Of a stretch of DNA of 64,000 bases, positions 1-13,444 are shown in pieces. This DNA comes from Octopus bimaculoides (taxonomy: Eukaryota): contig NC_069001.1 of NCBI RefSeq assembly GCF_001194135.2, forward strand, positions 36,977,754 through 37,041,753, read 5' to 3'. A program made the translations under genes and the position numbers. The notes under the pieces are model-generated. The model saw nothing but the letters and a program-made list of their open reading frames with translations. It did not search any database and was not told the origin of the DNA. How positions within the stretch are numbered: the stretch's first letter is position 1; the number at the start of each line of letters is the position of its first letter.

Positions 1-434
1 GGCCTGCAAGAGCCCTGTGCCAGTGCCATGTAAAAAGCACCCAGCACACTCTGTAAATATGTTGACATTAGGAAGGGCATCCAGCCATAGAAACCATGCC
101 AAAAAGGACAATTGGGGCCTGGTGCAGCTCTGATCAAACCACCCAAACCATGCCAGCATGGAAAACAGACATTAAATGATGATGATGTAGCAAGATTCAA
201 AAGCAAGTCATCAAATTATGAAGTTATGACAAAACATAAAGTCATTACACAACAATGGTTTGTTCACCTGAGAGGCCAGTTTATCAGCCAAGCAACAGCC
301 AGACATCACATGATAGATCAATCTAGATCCTTCTGGAACTTTTCCCTACAAGCATTATAGTGCCAATTTAAACTCTCTGACACGAATATTTTGACACAGA
401 AAGCCCTAAATATAAGTCTTATAAATATGAAAGA

Positions 435-1300
435 AATCCTTGTATACAGTGCTCAGGTGCACTACACATAAGAAAAAGCAAAAAAAAAAAAGTATATATC
501 AGATGTACTGTTGGCGGATTTCAGGAAACATGGAAGTTTTGAAGGATGTAGTGTCTCGACAGTAGTATTAGTTTATTCCATGCTTCAACAATTCTGAGTG
601 GGAAAAAAATGTTTCCGAAAATCATGGGTGCTGTGTTGTTTTTTTTGATATTGTAAACATGTCCTCGGTTATTTGTCATATGGAATTCTAAAAGGTGCCC
701 GAGTTTATTGTTGGAAAGATGGTGGATAGTCTTGTGTGGGGTCTACCAAGTCAGTTGCCAGACGTCTGAGCTTCGATATGTCCCTGCCGAGGAAAGCAAG
801 ACGTTCAGAGTGTGGTAGATGTCTGACGGCGGGTATTCGTTTTGTTGCACGTTTCTGAACAATTTCCAGGAGATTTATATACCGAGTTAGACAGGGGTTC
901 TCGACTGGTGATGCAAATTCTAAGTTACTGACTGTCTCCCTCCCCAAAAATTTCGGGGCCTTCTGCCTAGAGTAGAAAAGAAAACAGATCTGGGGAGTAA
1001 CTGACGCTAGCTAGTGCAAGGGAAACAACTGTGTCGATATTGTTTGGTTAAACAAGATTATATAGTTGTTTTAATCCTGGTTGAGCTGACATTTTATCAA
1101 AGGCATCCCAGTCATGACCACCACTACATTGTCCATGATGTACTATCTTTCTCAAGGACAGCAGTATATGTTTTGAGGGAGATTTGGCTGTTATGACTAA
1201 GATAGTGGATGGTGGTTGTACAGAAGTCACACGTCGAAGGCCCAATCGTTAAATGGTTCTATCAAATTCAATGGAGATAACATCATGTCCAGCGAGTGAT
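435..1300 (-). mobile_element. CR1/L2-clade LINE, decayed 3' fragment
   Basis: Minus frames give LEFASPVENP...LLEIVQKRATKRIP...ERL...LRRL and, with frameshifts, KQHSTHDFRKHFF.LRIVEAWNKL, typical of the CR1 RT C-terminus; 3' UTR near 440. Confidence 0.8.
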
Positions 1301-1569
1301 TTATAGCTTATCTTAATTTTTTTATTTTAATTGTTCCAGTCATAAAACTGTGGCCATGCTGTGGCACCGCCTTGAATTTAAAAAAATTTTTTTTTTTTTT
1401 AAATTTTTTTTTTTAGTCAAATGAATTGATCCCATTTATTTTTTTATAAAGCCTACTACTTATACTATCAGTCTCTTTTTGCTGCGCCGCTAAGTTACAA
1501 GGATATAAATATATCAACATCAGTTGTCAAGCGGTGGGGTGACCAACACAGACACATCTGTGTGTGGTC

Positions 1570-1938
1570 GAGCATTGCAATGCTCGACCACATGTTTCAC
1601 TAATGACGCTCCAGAAGTTGAGGGGATTTGGCAACGAAGTTCTTCCCCACCCAGCTTATTCCCCAGACCTTTCTCCTACCAACTACCACTTTTTCAAGCA
1701 CCTTGATGGCTTCCTGCAAGAGAAGGAATTCAAAAATCAAACCGATGCTGAAAGTGCGTTCAAAGAGTTCATCAGTTCCAGAACTCCAGATTTTTATGTT
1801 ACCGGAATAAACAAACTTGTAACTTGTTGGCAAATATGTATTGATTGTAATGGTACTTATTTTGGTGAATAAAATTTCCACATTGTTGAAATATATTTCA
1901 TGTTTCAAAACATTGCTTACTTTTTACTCAGCCTGATA
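1570..1938 (+). mobile_element. Mariner transposon 3' fragment with right TIR
   Basis: HCNARPH...HPAYSPDLSPTNYHFF...GINKLVTCWQICIDCNGTYF; TIR end ...TTACTTTTTACTCAGCCTGATA followed by TA. Confidence 0.9.
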
Positions 1939-2049
1939 TATATCAGGCCACCAGTCTGATATATTCCGATTGGCATTCTTATTTTGGTGGTGAAAGTCAC
2001 AACAGTTCACCCATTTTACCAGTGGCATTCTTCAGGTGCTTACATTCAG

Positions 2050-2770
2050 TAGCATTCTTGGAATTTTGAGTGAAATCTTCTATTCAGTGCATAAGAGCAA
2101 GTTTACCCTTTGGGGACGTCTCTCCTGAAACAAAGCCACCATCAGAAGAGATCATAACTAAGAACTGATCTCTTTTGCGAGATTCATAGCAATATTAGCT
2201 GTGAGTTTCAAGTCCTAAAAAGCCTTGGATGAGATGGTGCATTTGTGGACTCATTCGACCAGGGCGTTTGGTGTTGCCAATATCTGTGCAGGAGAACAAG
2301 GGTTCAGGTGTTTAGGTGTCTGGTCTTCCCTGTCCTGCTCTATAGTTGTGAGACTTGAATACTGTTCAGGGCCCTTAGGAGCCTCTTGAATTCCTTTGGT
2401 ACCAGGATGCTTCATAGGATTATGGGGTTACCAGTGATTGGATTTTGTATCCAACCAATTCTGCCCAGAAACTTGGATGTGTTCTCTTACTTGAATGATT
2501 CTGGAGCATCAGCTCAGACTGTTTGACAATGTTTCTTGCTTTGCCAAGTTAGACCCTGCTTACTGTGTTCTGTTCACTGAGGATCTGACTGGGTTGACAG
2601 CTTGTGTTGGTCAACCAGATGCCACATGGTCATGACAGATGAGGAGGTATCTCATGGAGATGAGGACTGATTAGGACCCTTCTTGACAGGTTACCCAGCG
2701 GGGATCCAAGAATATACCAACAAATGGTAAATGCAGCAACGCACTGCAACAGTTGCATGACCTCCATCTG
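2050..2770 (+). mobile_element. RTE-clade LINE, decayed 3' fragment
   Basis: VFPVLLYSCET*IL...LNSFGTRMLHRIMG from about 2323; stops and frameshifts. Confidence 0.75.
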
Positions 2771-3553
2771 ACCTCACCTGATATCAAGAAGAAAAAAAAT
2801 AACTAAAAAAAAATCTTTTTTTTTTAAACAACTCATTCACTGTTCTCTTCCTGTGTATTATTCTATGTACTGTTCGTGCACTTTCACCTACTTTTTCTGA
2901 TGAGTTGTAGTGCATTGTATATAATAGGTTCGTTATTATTTTAATGAGAGAGAGATTGAGAGAGAGAGACTGTTTTTGGTACTGACACAGAACAAGAACA
3001 GTCTACTATTGTGAATGATTTGCTAACTGTATACTCTCAACCAGAGCTAACTTGAAGCTAAATAACAAAAATAACAACAGTTTTGAAACATATAGTTAGT
3101 TCCTTCTATGTTTTATATTATTATTGGATTGACAAGAAATTTTGTCAGTATTTAATTTACGACCCATCTACTGAAAATAACCAGCAAAACCTTCATGTCA
3201 GATCTATAACTTTGCCATTAAGAAACGTATGAATAATCTTATCCGGTTCGTTTATTATATTTATGAAGTTAACCAGAAATGTGGTTTCACTTTGGCTGTC
3301 TGCTATACAATAGTAACTAATAAAACTAGCAGTAATTTTTACTTAGTTTCGCATCATCTAAATATGATATAAAATAATTAAAGATTGAGAATAACAAAAA
3401 AATAAATATTTGAATATAAATTAAAATCACGATTATTTCTTGAAAATTTTCTTTTAATTTCGATGGAAAACAAAACGATAAAAGCAAAATAACAAAACCG
3501 AGGTGAACGGTGATTATAAAATATAAGCATCCGCTCTGTATAACCAGTTTAAC

Positions 3554-3805
3554 ATGGCGAACGTGAACGATGAGATCAAAAGCCTCACTTATTTTAACGT
3601 CCGACCAGTCATACTTCGAGGGTTTGTGGGGCCTTTCTTAATTCTGTACATCTGTTGGTTTTATCTCTGGATCGTGGTGTATGGAGTCGAAGAATATTTC
3701 GACGCTGGTATTATTGCCGTCGGTATAATCGTGTTTGTACACACCCTCACAGGCCTGTTTTGTGTTTGGTCCGTTCACGTCCAATGTGCACTCACTTGTA
3801 CTTCG
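3554..3805 (+). CDS. ATP13A1: ATP13A1 exon 1 (N-terminal TMa/TMb)
   Basis: ATG 3554; MANVNDEIK...[16 protein letters not shown]; donor gtaagt at 3806; phase 0. Confidence 0.9.
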
Positions 3806-3984
3806 GTAAGTTTTACACCTTCCCATACAAAAGGGGGGGGGGATATTTCTGTTGATCAATTAATCAATATTAATTCGCATGAATGATACTAAACTTTTGT
3901 CTTTTTATCGAACTTTTTACTCCATGTACATGTATTTATTGACTTACAGAAATTACAGAGGCAAAATCGAAAGATTACACATTA

Positions 3985-4020
<36 letters not shown>

Positions 4021-4517
4021 NNNNNNNNNNNNNNNNNNNNNNNNNNNNNNNNNNNNNNNNNNNNNNNNNNNNNNNNNNNNNNNNNNNNNNNNNNNNNNNN
4101 NNNNNNNNNNNNNNNNNNNNNNNNNNNNNNNNNNNNNNNNNNNNNNNNNNNNNNNNNNNNNNNNNNNNNNNNNNNNNNNNNNNNNNNNNNNNNNNNNNNN
4201 NNNNNNNNNNNNNNNNNNNNNNNNNNNNNNNNNNNNNNNNNNNNNNNNNNNNNNNNNNNNNNNNNNNNNNNNNNNNNNNNNNNNNNNNNNNNNNNNNNNN
4301 NNNNNNNNNNNNNNNNNNNNNNNNNNNNNNNNNNNNNNNNNNNNNNNNNNNNNNNNNNNNNNNNNNNNNNNNNNNNNNNNNNNNNNNNNNNNNNNNNNNN
4401 NNNNNNNNNNNNNNNNNNNNNNNNTCTGGTGCTGCACCGGTTCTTTCTCATCTTATCCACACCCACGACAATGAGAGAAGTCGAACTCAGCTGGTTTTGA
4501 AATCCTATAACACACAT

Positions 4518-4554
<37 letters not shown>

Positions 4555-5083
4555 TATATATACGCACGCACGCACACACACGGTCAAATAAGTACTTATA
4601 TATCAGCGTTTTTATAACAACGTGGTGGCCTCTTCCAGCTTTGCCAATAAACAGCACAAAAGAACGATGGCACTGTTATTCCATAATTACTTAGAGAATG
4701 TAGAATGTTTTCTAAAATGAACCATATGGTTCGTCGCATTTTTCTTAACTCGCTGACCATCATCTTGGATTCGTTTTCTGTTTTATTTGAGCTTTCTTTC
4801 TTATTTGAGCTTTCTTTCTTCGTTTACTCATAATTGTTCGGTCTTTAATTAACCGGCTCCCTCTCATTCATAGCTTACGTTACATATATACAGCATTTTA
4901 ACTTAAGCTTGTTTTTGTTTATTATTCTATAAATGTTTTCAATATCAATAGTATATTTGTTTTCACAAGAAGCTTTTTGCTGTGCGAAATAATTTTCTAA
5001 ATTTTTTTCTTGGAAGATCTCATGTTTAGGGTTTCATTTTCACTTTGCACGTATCCACATTGTGCTCTCTGTCTGTCTGTCTC

Positions 5084-5119
<36 letters not shown>

Positions 5120-8100
5120 CACACACATCTATGTGTGTGTCTCAAGTACATCTTAACATTACAATCCCTTAAAATTAATTGCTTGTTTGCCTTTTGTTTC
5201 TATTGAGCTAACCGACTTTTCAACCTGCTTAATTTTTCCTCCGCAAATTTTCTTTATTTTATTTTATTTTCATTTTTTTCTAAAAATCTGTTAAATTTTA
5301 TTCGATATTACGTCCAGATTTTACATGTAAGAAAATAAATTTTGAATTGTGCCGTCGCGTTTATTTTCCGACTTGAAAACTGAAACAAAATTTATATTAA
5401 ATGCCGAAGAGGGGGGAGGGAACTAAATAGATAAATGCGACTATTAGAATTTAAATTTTATAAAGGTTTTCTTTCTTTTGTTTTTAATTTGCTTTTATTT
5501 CAATATATTTCAAGGTCGTATTATATGAAGCGCAGTGGCCGAGAGGATAAGTTAAACAAAGAAATCTTAACTTCCGTGAACATGATTTCGTGTTCGGCTT
5601 ATACCGACCATGCGATTGATGTTCAAGCAAGATGTTTCTTTAAGCATTAATTGTTTTATATATTTGGAGAAAAAAAATGTATAAAGCTACTGTGTAATAA
5701 TGTGCCATTTTCGACTCGGCAAATCCTATAAGCAACAATATCTGTTGCTTATAACTATCCCAACTTTCTTTTTCATGTGCATCGTAACTCATGACAACCA
5801 TTTAGGTAATCATTGACAATCAATCGGTATTGGCCTCAATAATGTGAAACCATTTTTTTCGATTGGTTGCCGACATAGCTGTTATTTCTAGCTAGCCGAG
5901 CGACAACATATAGCAATATTTGTCAAGGTGGGACGCACCACGCCTCCATCGGCGGAACGTGGGTCACTTCAAAATGGGGTGTAAGTAACAAATGGATAAA
6001 ACTTGTGTTTGCGCGCGCGCTGGGGCATGAGGTAAAAAGGGTTGAGACACGGTTGTAGAGGATCCTTCGTTACCTTTAATGGCTACAATGAGGATAGTTG
6101 TCTTGCTCTGGGTCAGCCCCTCAATGAGCACACCTATGATCCAAGGCGTTCCAGCCGTAACCTTCCAATCTTTGTTTCAAATTAACGAAAACATGAATGT
6201 AGTGCCCTTTTATATAGTCTGCAATGCCAGTTGTTGTTTGGTGCCGCTTCTCTCGCACTTCTGAATTTACATTCAAAATCTAGTTATTGTATGTCTCAGC
6301 AGTTTTCTAGATTATTCCCCACCATCACCACCACCACCTCCTGGATCGAGGTGACCAGGCAGTGAAACATGAAATGAGACTTCACTCTGACACCGTATCA
6401 CCTCCGTCTTTATCTTTCCATCTACTGCCATGCACCCTCATATAATCCAGGATAGCCATGCATACTTATCCATCTATCGTATATGAGCCTCTCAACGCCT
6501 GGCATAAAGTTATCTCCCCTTCTCTCAACTACTCCTACTCGGTCGAGGGTGCTTTTTCATTTCTTGTCTTGCAAGTTACTAACTGACCTCAATAGTACAG
6601 GTGTCATGATAAAAACACCCAGAACACAATGTCAAGTGGTTGTTAAGAAGGATGCCATAGAAACCATGCCAAATGTGACACTGAAGCTCAGCCCAGGCCT
6701 ACAGCTGGTCGGATCCTGTCAAATAGTCCAACCCATGCCAGCAAGGGAAACGGACATCAAATGGTGATAAATGTAGATTAGCAGCTGTTTTGTCATGCAG
6801 GCTTGCCAGATTCAGCTCCCAGTTGTAAAGTATGCTACTTTTCAGGACTCCATACTTGTTTTTAATTTGTCCTAATTACTGCTTTAAAATTATAATTTCT
6901 GAAGGCAACATTCCTTTTAATTATCATTAAATTATCAAAATAAAACTGACATAAAGGCAATCTTGTATTTTCTTTCAATTTACTTGCACTTTCAATTAAC
7001 TAGTTTTAAGTTAATTTCTCTCAGATTCCCCTAATTTTTGAGCTAATGTTTTTATGAAATTGAACAGTTGAACCTTGCTGCTGTGGCCTGTGGCTCAGCC
7101 TGTTTGCATGTGATCACTTATTTCTGGCTAAAGAATAAAAACCAGGCAGTGATTCAGTGGGGTCCTTCCATGGGTGAATGCTCCCCACAGGTTTGTTAAA
7201 GTTTTTTACTGATGTATAGAAAGGCCTTATCACTGTTGAGTCAAGTGCTATTAGATGGCAGTGAAACATGGACCCTGACAAAGAAATTATCAAATGGGCT
7301 GAATGGCTGTTGCATAAGGATGCTACTAATGGCCCTAAATGTGAAATGGCAGCAACATATGACAAACAAGTGCTTTCGTGGAGACCTGCTGGAAGTTAAC
7401 AAGAAGATCAGGCAAAGACAGCTGCAACTCTCTGGTCACTGTGTCCACCACTCTGAACTAGAAGCATCTAAATTAGTTTTGTGGAGCCCACTTCATGGTG
7501 ATGTAAGAAGAAGAAAATGTTTTCACCTTTACATCAACAACTTGATTGCAGCCACTGGCCTGGAACGTAATCAGGACCTTGAGACAATGATGTTGGACCG
7601 AGAGGTGTCCAGGTAGACTTTGTTGCTGCAGCCTGGATTGGAACCTGGCCATTGATAAAAATCTTTTAAAAAGCATCATTGTTTTAATGGAGGAATTACG
7701 TGCCTTGCCCAAGGACTGAACATGCCATCTGGTCGTAATGTTTGAACCTACAAACATTATGATCGCAAACCCAACATTCTAACTGTAATTAAGGGCACAA
7801 TTTATCTTACATTTTGTTTGACCAATCTCCTAAGTACACGTATAGAAACATGTACACATATATTTATGTATTATGACAGCAAGTTTGATTTATGTCCACA
7901 GTTAAATAACATTTTATGTTTTATCACCATCACTCTATATCACTGTGTTTTTGAGTCATCTTCGTTAATTTTCTGTTAGTGGTTTCATTAATTCACAACA
8001 GCTGCTGCTTCTGACATACCTTGCCATTTTAGCATTTAAATAAGTCATATCCAGCTCAAAAACTTCACCTGTTTTATTTTCAAATGGTCCAGATCATGGT

Positions 8101-11100
8101 AAAAAGCACCCCTTACTGGCTCCTGTGCTGTGTCATGCAAAAAGCACCGACTACACTCTCAGAGTGGTTGGTGTTAGGAAGGGCATCCAGCTGTAGAAAC
8201 ATTGCCAGATCAGATTGGAGCCTGGTGCAGCTGCTAGCTCTCCAGACCTCAGTCAAACCATCCAACCCATGCCAGCATGGAAAACGGACGTTAAACGATG
8301 ATGATGATGAGGATTTTAACTAATCTAAAGTTTGTTTATTTCTCATCTTAGCGCTGATGCTTCTGTATCAGTTCTGACCAGGCAGTCTGCAAGTGCAACC
8401 CAGTCACTGATAGTAGAAGACATTTGCCCAAGGTGCCATGCAGTGAGACTGAACCCGGACCCATGTGGTTGGTAAGCAAGCTACTTACCACACAGCCACT
8501 CCTGTATATTTATAACAGCTTATATACATGGGCAGTTGAATTTACTGTTTTTTTAATATATCATTTGCTGAGAAATTTGAAAATGCCTCTTAAATTTCTG
8601 CTGACTGTTGTTATTATTGTTATTATTATTATTATTATCATTATTATTATTATTATTATTATTTGATTACTTTCAGGTGTCTGATCCTTTTAAAGCTTCT
8701 CTTGTAAAGGTCGTGCCAACTCCTAATAATGGTTCAACAGAACTAGTGACATTAAATCATGTAACGGTGAGTATGAATTTAGCTTCTGATGACCAACTTT
8801 CATTTAGGGCATCCAGCTGTAGAAATTGTGCCAAAGAAGACATTGGAACTTAGTGTAGTCCTCTGGCTCGATGGCTCCTGTCAAATCATCCAACCCAGGC
8901 CAGAATGGAAAACAAATGTTAAAACCCTTTAGCATTCACATTACTTTATCAAATGTAATGTTTATTTATTCAAATTGTTTGGAATTAATCATACATTTTA
9001 CTTGTAGCTCCAAGATTTCAATGTCGTGATTGTTTATTTTTAGAATGACATTATAGGGTTGGTGTGAGAGGTTGGATATGGCCAATTTATGAATAAAACG
9101 GGGAGAATATTTGGGCTAGATATGACTCATTAGAATGCTAGACAATTAAATGCTGATGATAATAATGATGTAAATTGTAGGCAGCTTTCATTCCCAAGTT
9201 TTTGTGACTTTCTGGTTGCAGATGACCATACAGGGGTATCAAACACCAAAATCTCATGGTTGCAAAGCAAACTTCTTAACAATATAGCCATGCCGGCACC
9301 CACAATAATCATCATCATCATCATCCATTTCCGATACTAACATCGATTAGACAGTTTAACAGGAGCTGGCAAGCTAGAGAGCTTCTCCAGGATTCAATTT
9401 GTCTGTTTTGGCACAGTTTCTGAGGCGAGATGCTTTATATGTGACACCAGCAGAGGTGCTTTCCCCACGTCATGCTAGCATGGGTGCCAGACAAAAATAT
9501 ACAAGAATGAAGAATCCTGTTCTTTTTTTATTGTACATCTTTATACCATTTAGAAAGCACATTGGCACTGAGGTTGCAGTGCTGTTCTACCAGAAAATAA
9601 GACAACAGACTTTGAAAAACATTTAAGGTTTTATTAAAGGAAGGGTATATGATTCAACAAAGTGTTGTTGAACTCCTGCCAGTTTAGAGAAATCAGACCT
9701 AAAAATAATAACTATGGTGAACATGTGATGAAATATGATTCTATTGATGTATACTTGACAATACATTTCTGGTAGTGATATTTCACGGATGTTATCCCAC
9801 TAATGTTGGTTATTGATTTACATGACTCTACCAAAATAGGAGTTTCTCTTCACTCATAAAGACTTATGTGTTTCTTTACAGTTATTACCGTCTGGTCAGC
9901 CTCTGGACCCAAATTCTAGTGAAGCTTCCCAGGAAAATCTTAAACAGGTTACTACAATTTATGTTGTTTTTTTTTTATTCTATTTCTTTTTTTTTCTATC
10001 ATTTGACCCCCTTAACCATTTAATTTCTTCTTATTTGGGAAGAGATTTATTTTACTTCTTCTTCTCTCACACACACTTTGGCAGAAACGTTAGCACGCCA
10101 GGTGAAATGCTTAGGGGTATTTCGTCTGCCGCTACGTTCTGAGTTCAAATTCCGCCGAGGTCGACTTTGCCTTTCATCCTTTCGGGGTCAATTAAATAAG
10201 TACCAGTTATGCACTGGGGTCGGTATTATCGACTTAATCCGTTTGTCTGTCCTTGTTTGTCCCCTCTGTGTGTAGCCCCTAGTGGGCAGTAAAGAAATAA
10301 CACACTTTGGTGTGATCAAATTCATGAAGTGTTTATTTGAATGTAATGCAGATAATATAATAAATGGATATAAATTATATATAGATATTATATAGGTGTA
10401 GGCATGTGTGGTTATCTTCACTTCCTAACCATATAGTTCCAGGTTCAGTCCTACTACATGGCATCTTGGGCAAGTTTCTTCTATTATAGCCCTGGGCCAA
10501 CCAAAGCCTTTTGAGTGGATTTGGTAAACAGACACAGGAAGAAGCCTATCATGTATACATAGGTGTGTCTGTCAGTCTCTGTATGTTGACGGAGGTTATG
10601 CTTCCGTGTCTTGATATTGTTTGATAGTTGTAACGGTGATTCACTGTTATACAAGCAGTGTCACTAATTCCCAATCTTCCATGAAACCATGTCTTGCCAT
10701 GGGGAAAATATTACCTTAAAAACAGATGATTGTTGGCAACTGGAAGAGCATCAGACAGTAGAAAATCTGCTTCAATGAATTCCATTTGACTCATGCAGTC
10801 CTTGAAAAATAGATGTTAAAATCATAATGACATACATTCAGTGTAATAAGTTTTGTTTCTTTTGTCTTTTAGGCTAGTTTAAAAAAAGAGGCTTGGTTCT
10901 GGTTTCAAAAAACCAAGTATGTCTACAGTGCAGATGAGAAGAAACAGTTTCTACCTCTCAACTTCCCTGTCGATTTGAGTATTAAACAGTTTTTGGAATG
11001 GAAGGGTTATCCTGACGAAGTTGAAATTAAAGCAGCTGAATACAAGTATGGAAAGAACACGTAAGTAATTACTCAATTAATGAAATGAGGAGGGTGTACT

Positions 11101-13401
11101 CATCTGCATATTTAACGATGTCACTTTCTCCATGCTGGCATGGGTTGGACAAAACTACACATCTTTTATCTTTTACTTGTTTCAGTCATTAGACAGCAGC
11201 CATGTAGATAAATAGTTATTTTGCTGTTTCTAACTCAACCTTCTCTTTTCTTTATTTTCACATTGTAGCATGGAAATGATTGTCCCTAAATTCATGGAAT
11301 TATTTCAAGAAAGAGCTACAGCACCGTTCTTCATCTTCCAAGTGTTTGGAGTTGCTCTGTGGAGTTTGGAAGAATACTGGTATTACAGTCTTTTCACTTT
11401 AATCATGTTGGTTGCGTTTGAAGCGACTCTCGTACAACAACAACTCCGCAACATGACTGAAATACGGAAAATGGGTAACAAACCTTACATCATTCAGGTA
11501 AATTGATTCAGTTGTTTTGTTTTTTTTCTCTTTTTAACTGTGAAGAATGAAACTTAAAAACATAATTGTCCAAAGAAAAGGAAATTATTGATAAAACAAG
11601 TATGAATTCACCCTCACTCACCCCATCCCACAAAAAATAATTATATAAATCCTTAAACAGTTTAAATTAATAAAGTCAAATTTCAAATTAGGATATATGT
11701 ATGTATACTGTATATTGTGCATGTGTGCTGGTACTATGTAAAAAGCGCTGTGCTGGCACCAAGTAAAAAGTTCCCATGCTGGTGCCACATAAAAAGCACC
11801 CAGTACACACTCTAAAGTGGTTGGCATTATTAGGAAGGGCATCCAACCATAGAAACCATGACAAAACAGACAATTAGAGTCTGATGCAGTTCTCCAGCAT
11901 GCCACCTCCTGTCAGACCGTCCAACCCATGCCTGCATGGAAAACAGACATTAAATGATGATGTGTGTATATGTTTGTCTGTTTTTTTTACATTTGTCACT
12001 GCTGGAAAAGATGGTATTTGTGCCCTGTGACTTACTGGTACAGTAAATAGAAATCATCAAATTAAATACTAAGCGTAAAAAAGAAATAAGCTGCCCCAGC
12101 ATGGCCGCAATCTAATGAGTGAACCAAGTACAAAAGTATTACCAAAGATGACACTCACTCCTCACAACATTCTATTTTGCATTAATTGAAGTTGTGGAAT
12201 TGTCTTCCCTTCCTTTTTTCTTTTAACCAAAATATGTATTTGAGATAATTTTTTCAACTCATTATAAATAGAATTTGACTTGATAAGAATCTCTCAGTTT
12301 CCCACGTTATATTAACAGTCAATTTACTAATTACCATTTAATAATCTCTCACAATTTATTACCATTTGTCTTTGTCATTGATAAAAGTTCTGTTATTCTT
12401 TGGTAGGTTTACCGAAATAGGCGCTGGCGTGGAATTTACAGTGATGAACTTCTTCCTGGAGACATCGTGTCCATAGGTGTGTTATTTGTAGTGTAGTTTT
12501 CGTGTATGCCATTGTTTTTGTATAGTTGCAGATCATCTTTGATTTGACTTCCCCCATTGTTTTGTCATGTATGTGTATATGTGTATATAGCATGTCCATG
12601 CATGTATAATATATATATATATATATGTATGTATGTAAGCAAGCATGTATGTATGTACAGTGTACATATGTTTATACATAGAGCTACATGTGCATATACA
12701 TTGTGCNNNNNNNNNNNNNNNNNNNNNNNNNATATATATATATATAATGTAAATGCAGGTGTGATTATATAATTGAGAAGCTTGCTTCCCAGCCATGTGG
12801 TTTGGGATTCAGTCCCACTGTGCAGCACCTTAGACAAGTGTATTCTACAATAACCCCAGGCTAACCAAAGCCTTGTAAGTGGATTTGGTAGACAGAAACT
12901 GAAAGAAGCCCTGTTGTATGTATGTCTACTTTTGTCTTGATGTCAAGTGATGGTTGTATGTGCCCATTACCTCATATAAGCAGTACTTGCTTCTAATCTT
13001 CTGTGAAAAACATGTCTCTCCATAAAAAAATATCATGTTACCTGGAAACAATTGAGGACTAGTAACAGGCAAGGAATTCCATCAGATCATGCGAGCATGG
13101 AAATGTAGACATTAAAGACAATGATGATAATGTATGTATGTGTGTATATATTAGTCTCTTGTATTCAGCAGAGAGTATACCTTTATGAACTAGCAAGTCA
13201 ACAGTTCAACTAGGACTCATTTTCTTTTGTTTTGTTCTTTTTCTTAGGGCGTACTCAAGATGAAAAACTTGTGCCTTGTGATTTACTGCTGTTACGTGGA
13301 CCTTGTATTGTTGATGAGTCCATGTTAACTGGGGAGTCAGTACCAGTCATGAAAGTGAGTAATCTAATGATTCTCTGCTGTTTTCTTTACAATTACTAAA
13401 C

Positions 13402-13444
<43 letters not shown>

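Noticed and set aside
11720-11820. GCCACGT (UPRE/CREB3-like) sites in intronic SINE units of an ER gene
   Set aside because: The copies in this window are CpG-decayed (GCCATGT, GCCACAT), so intact sites are not present.
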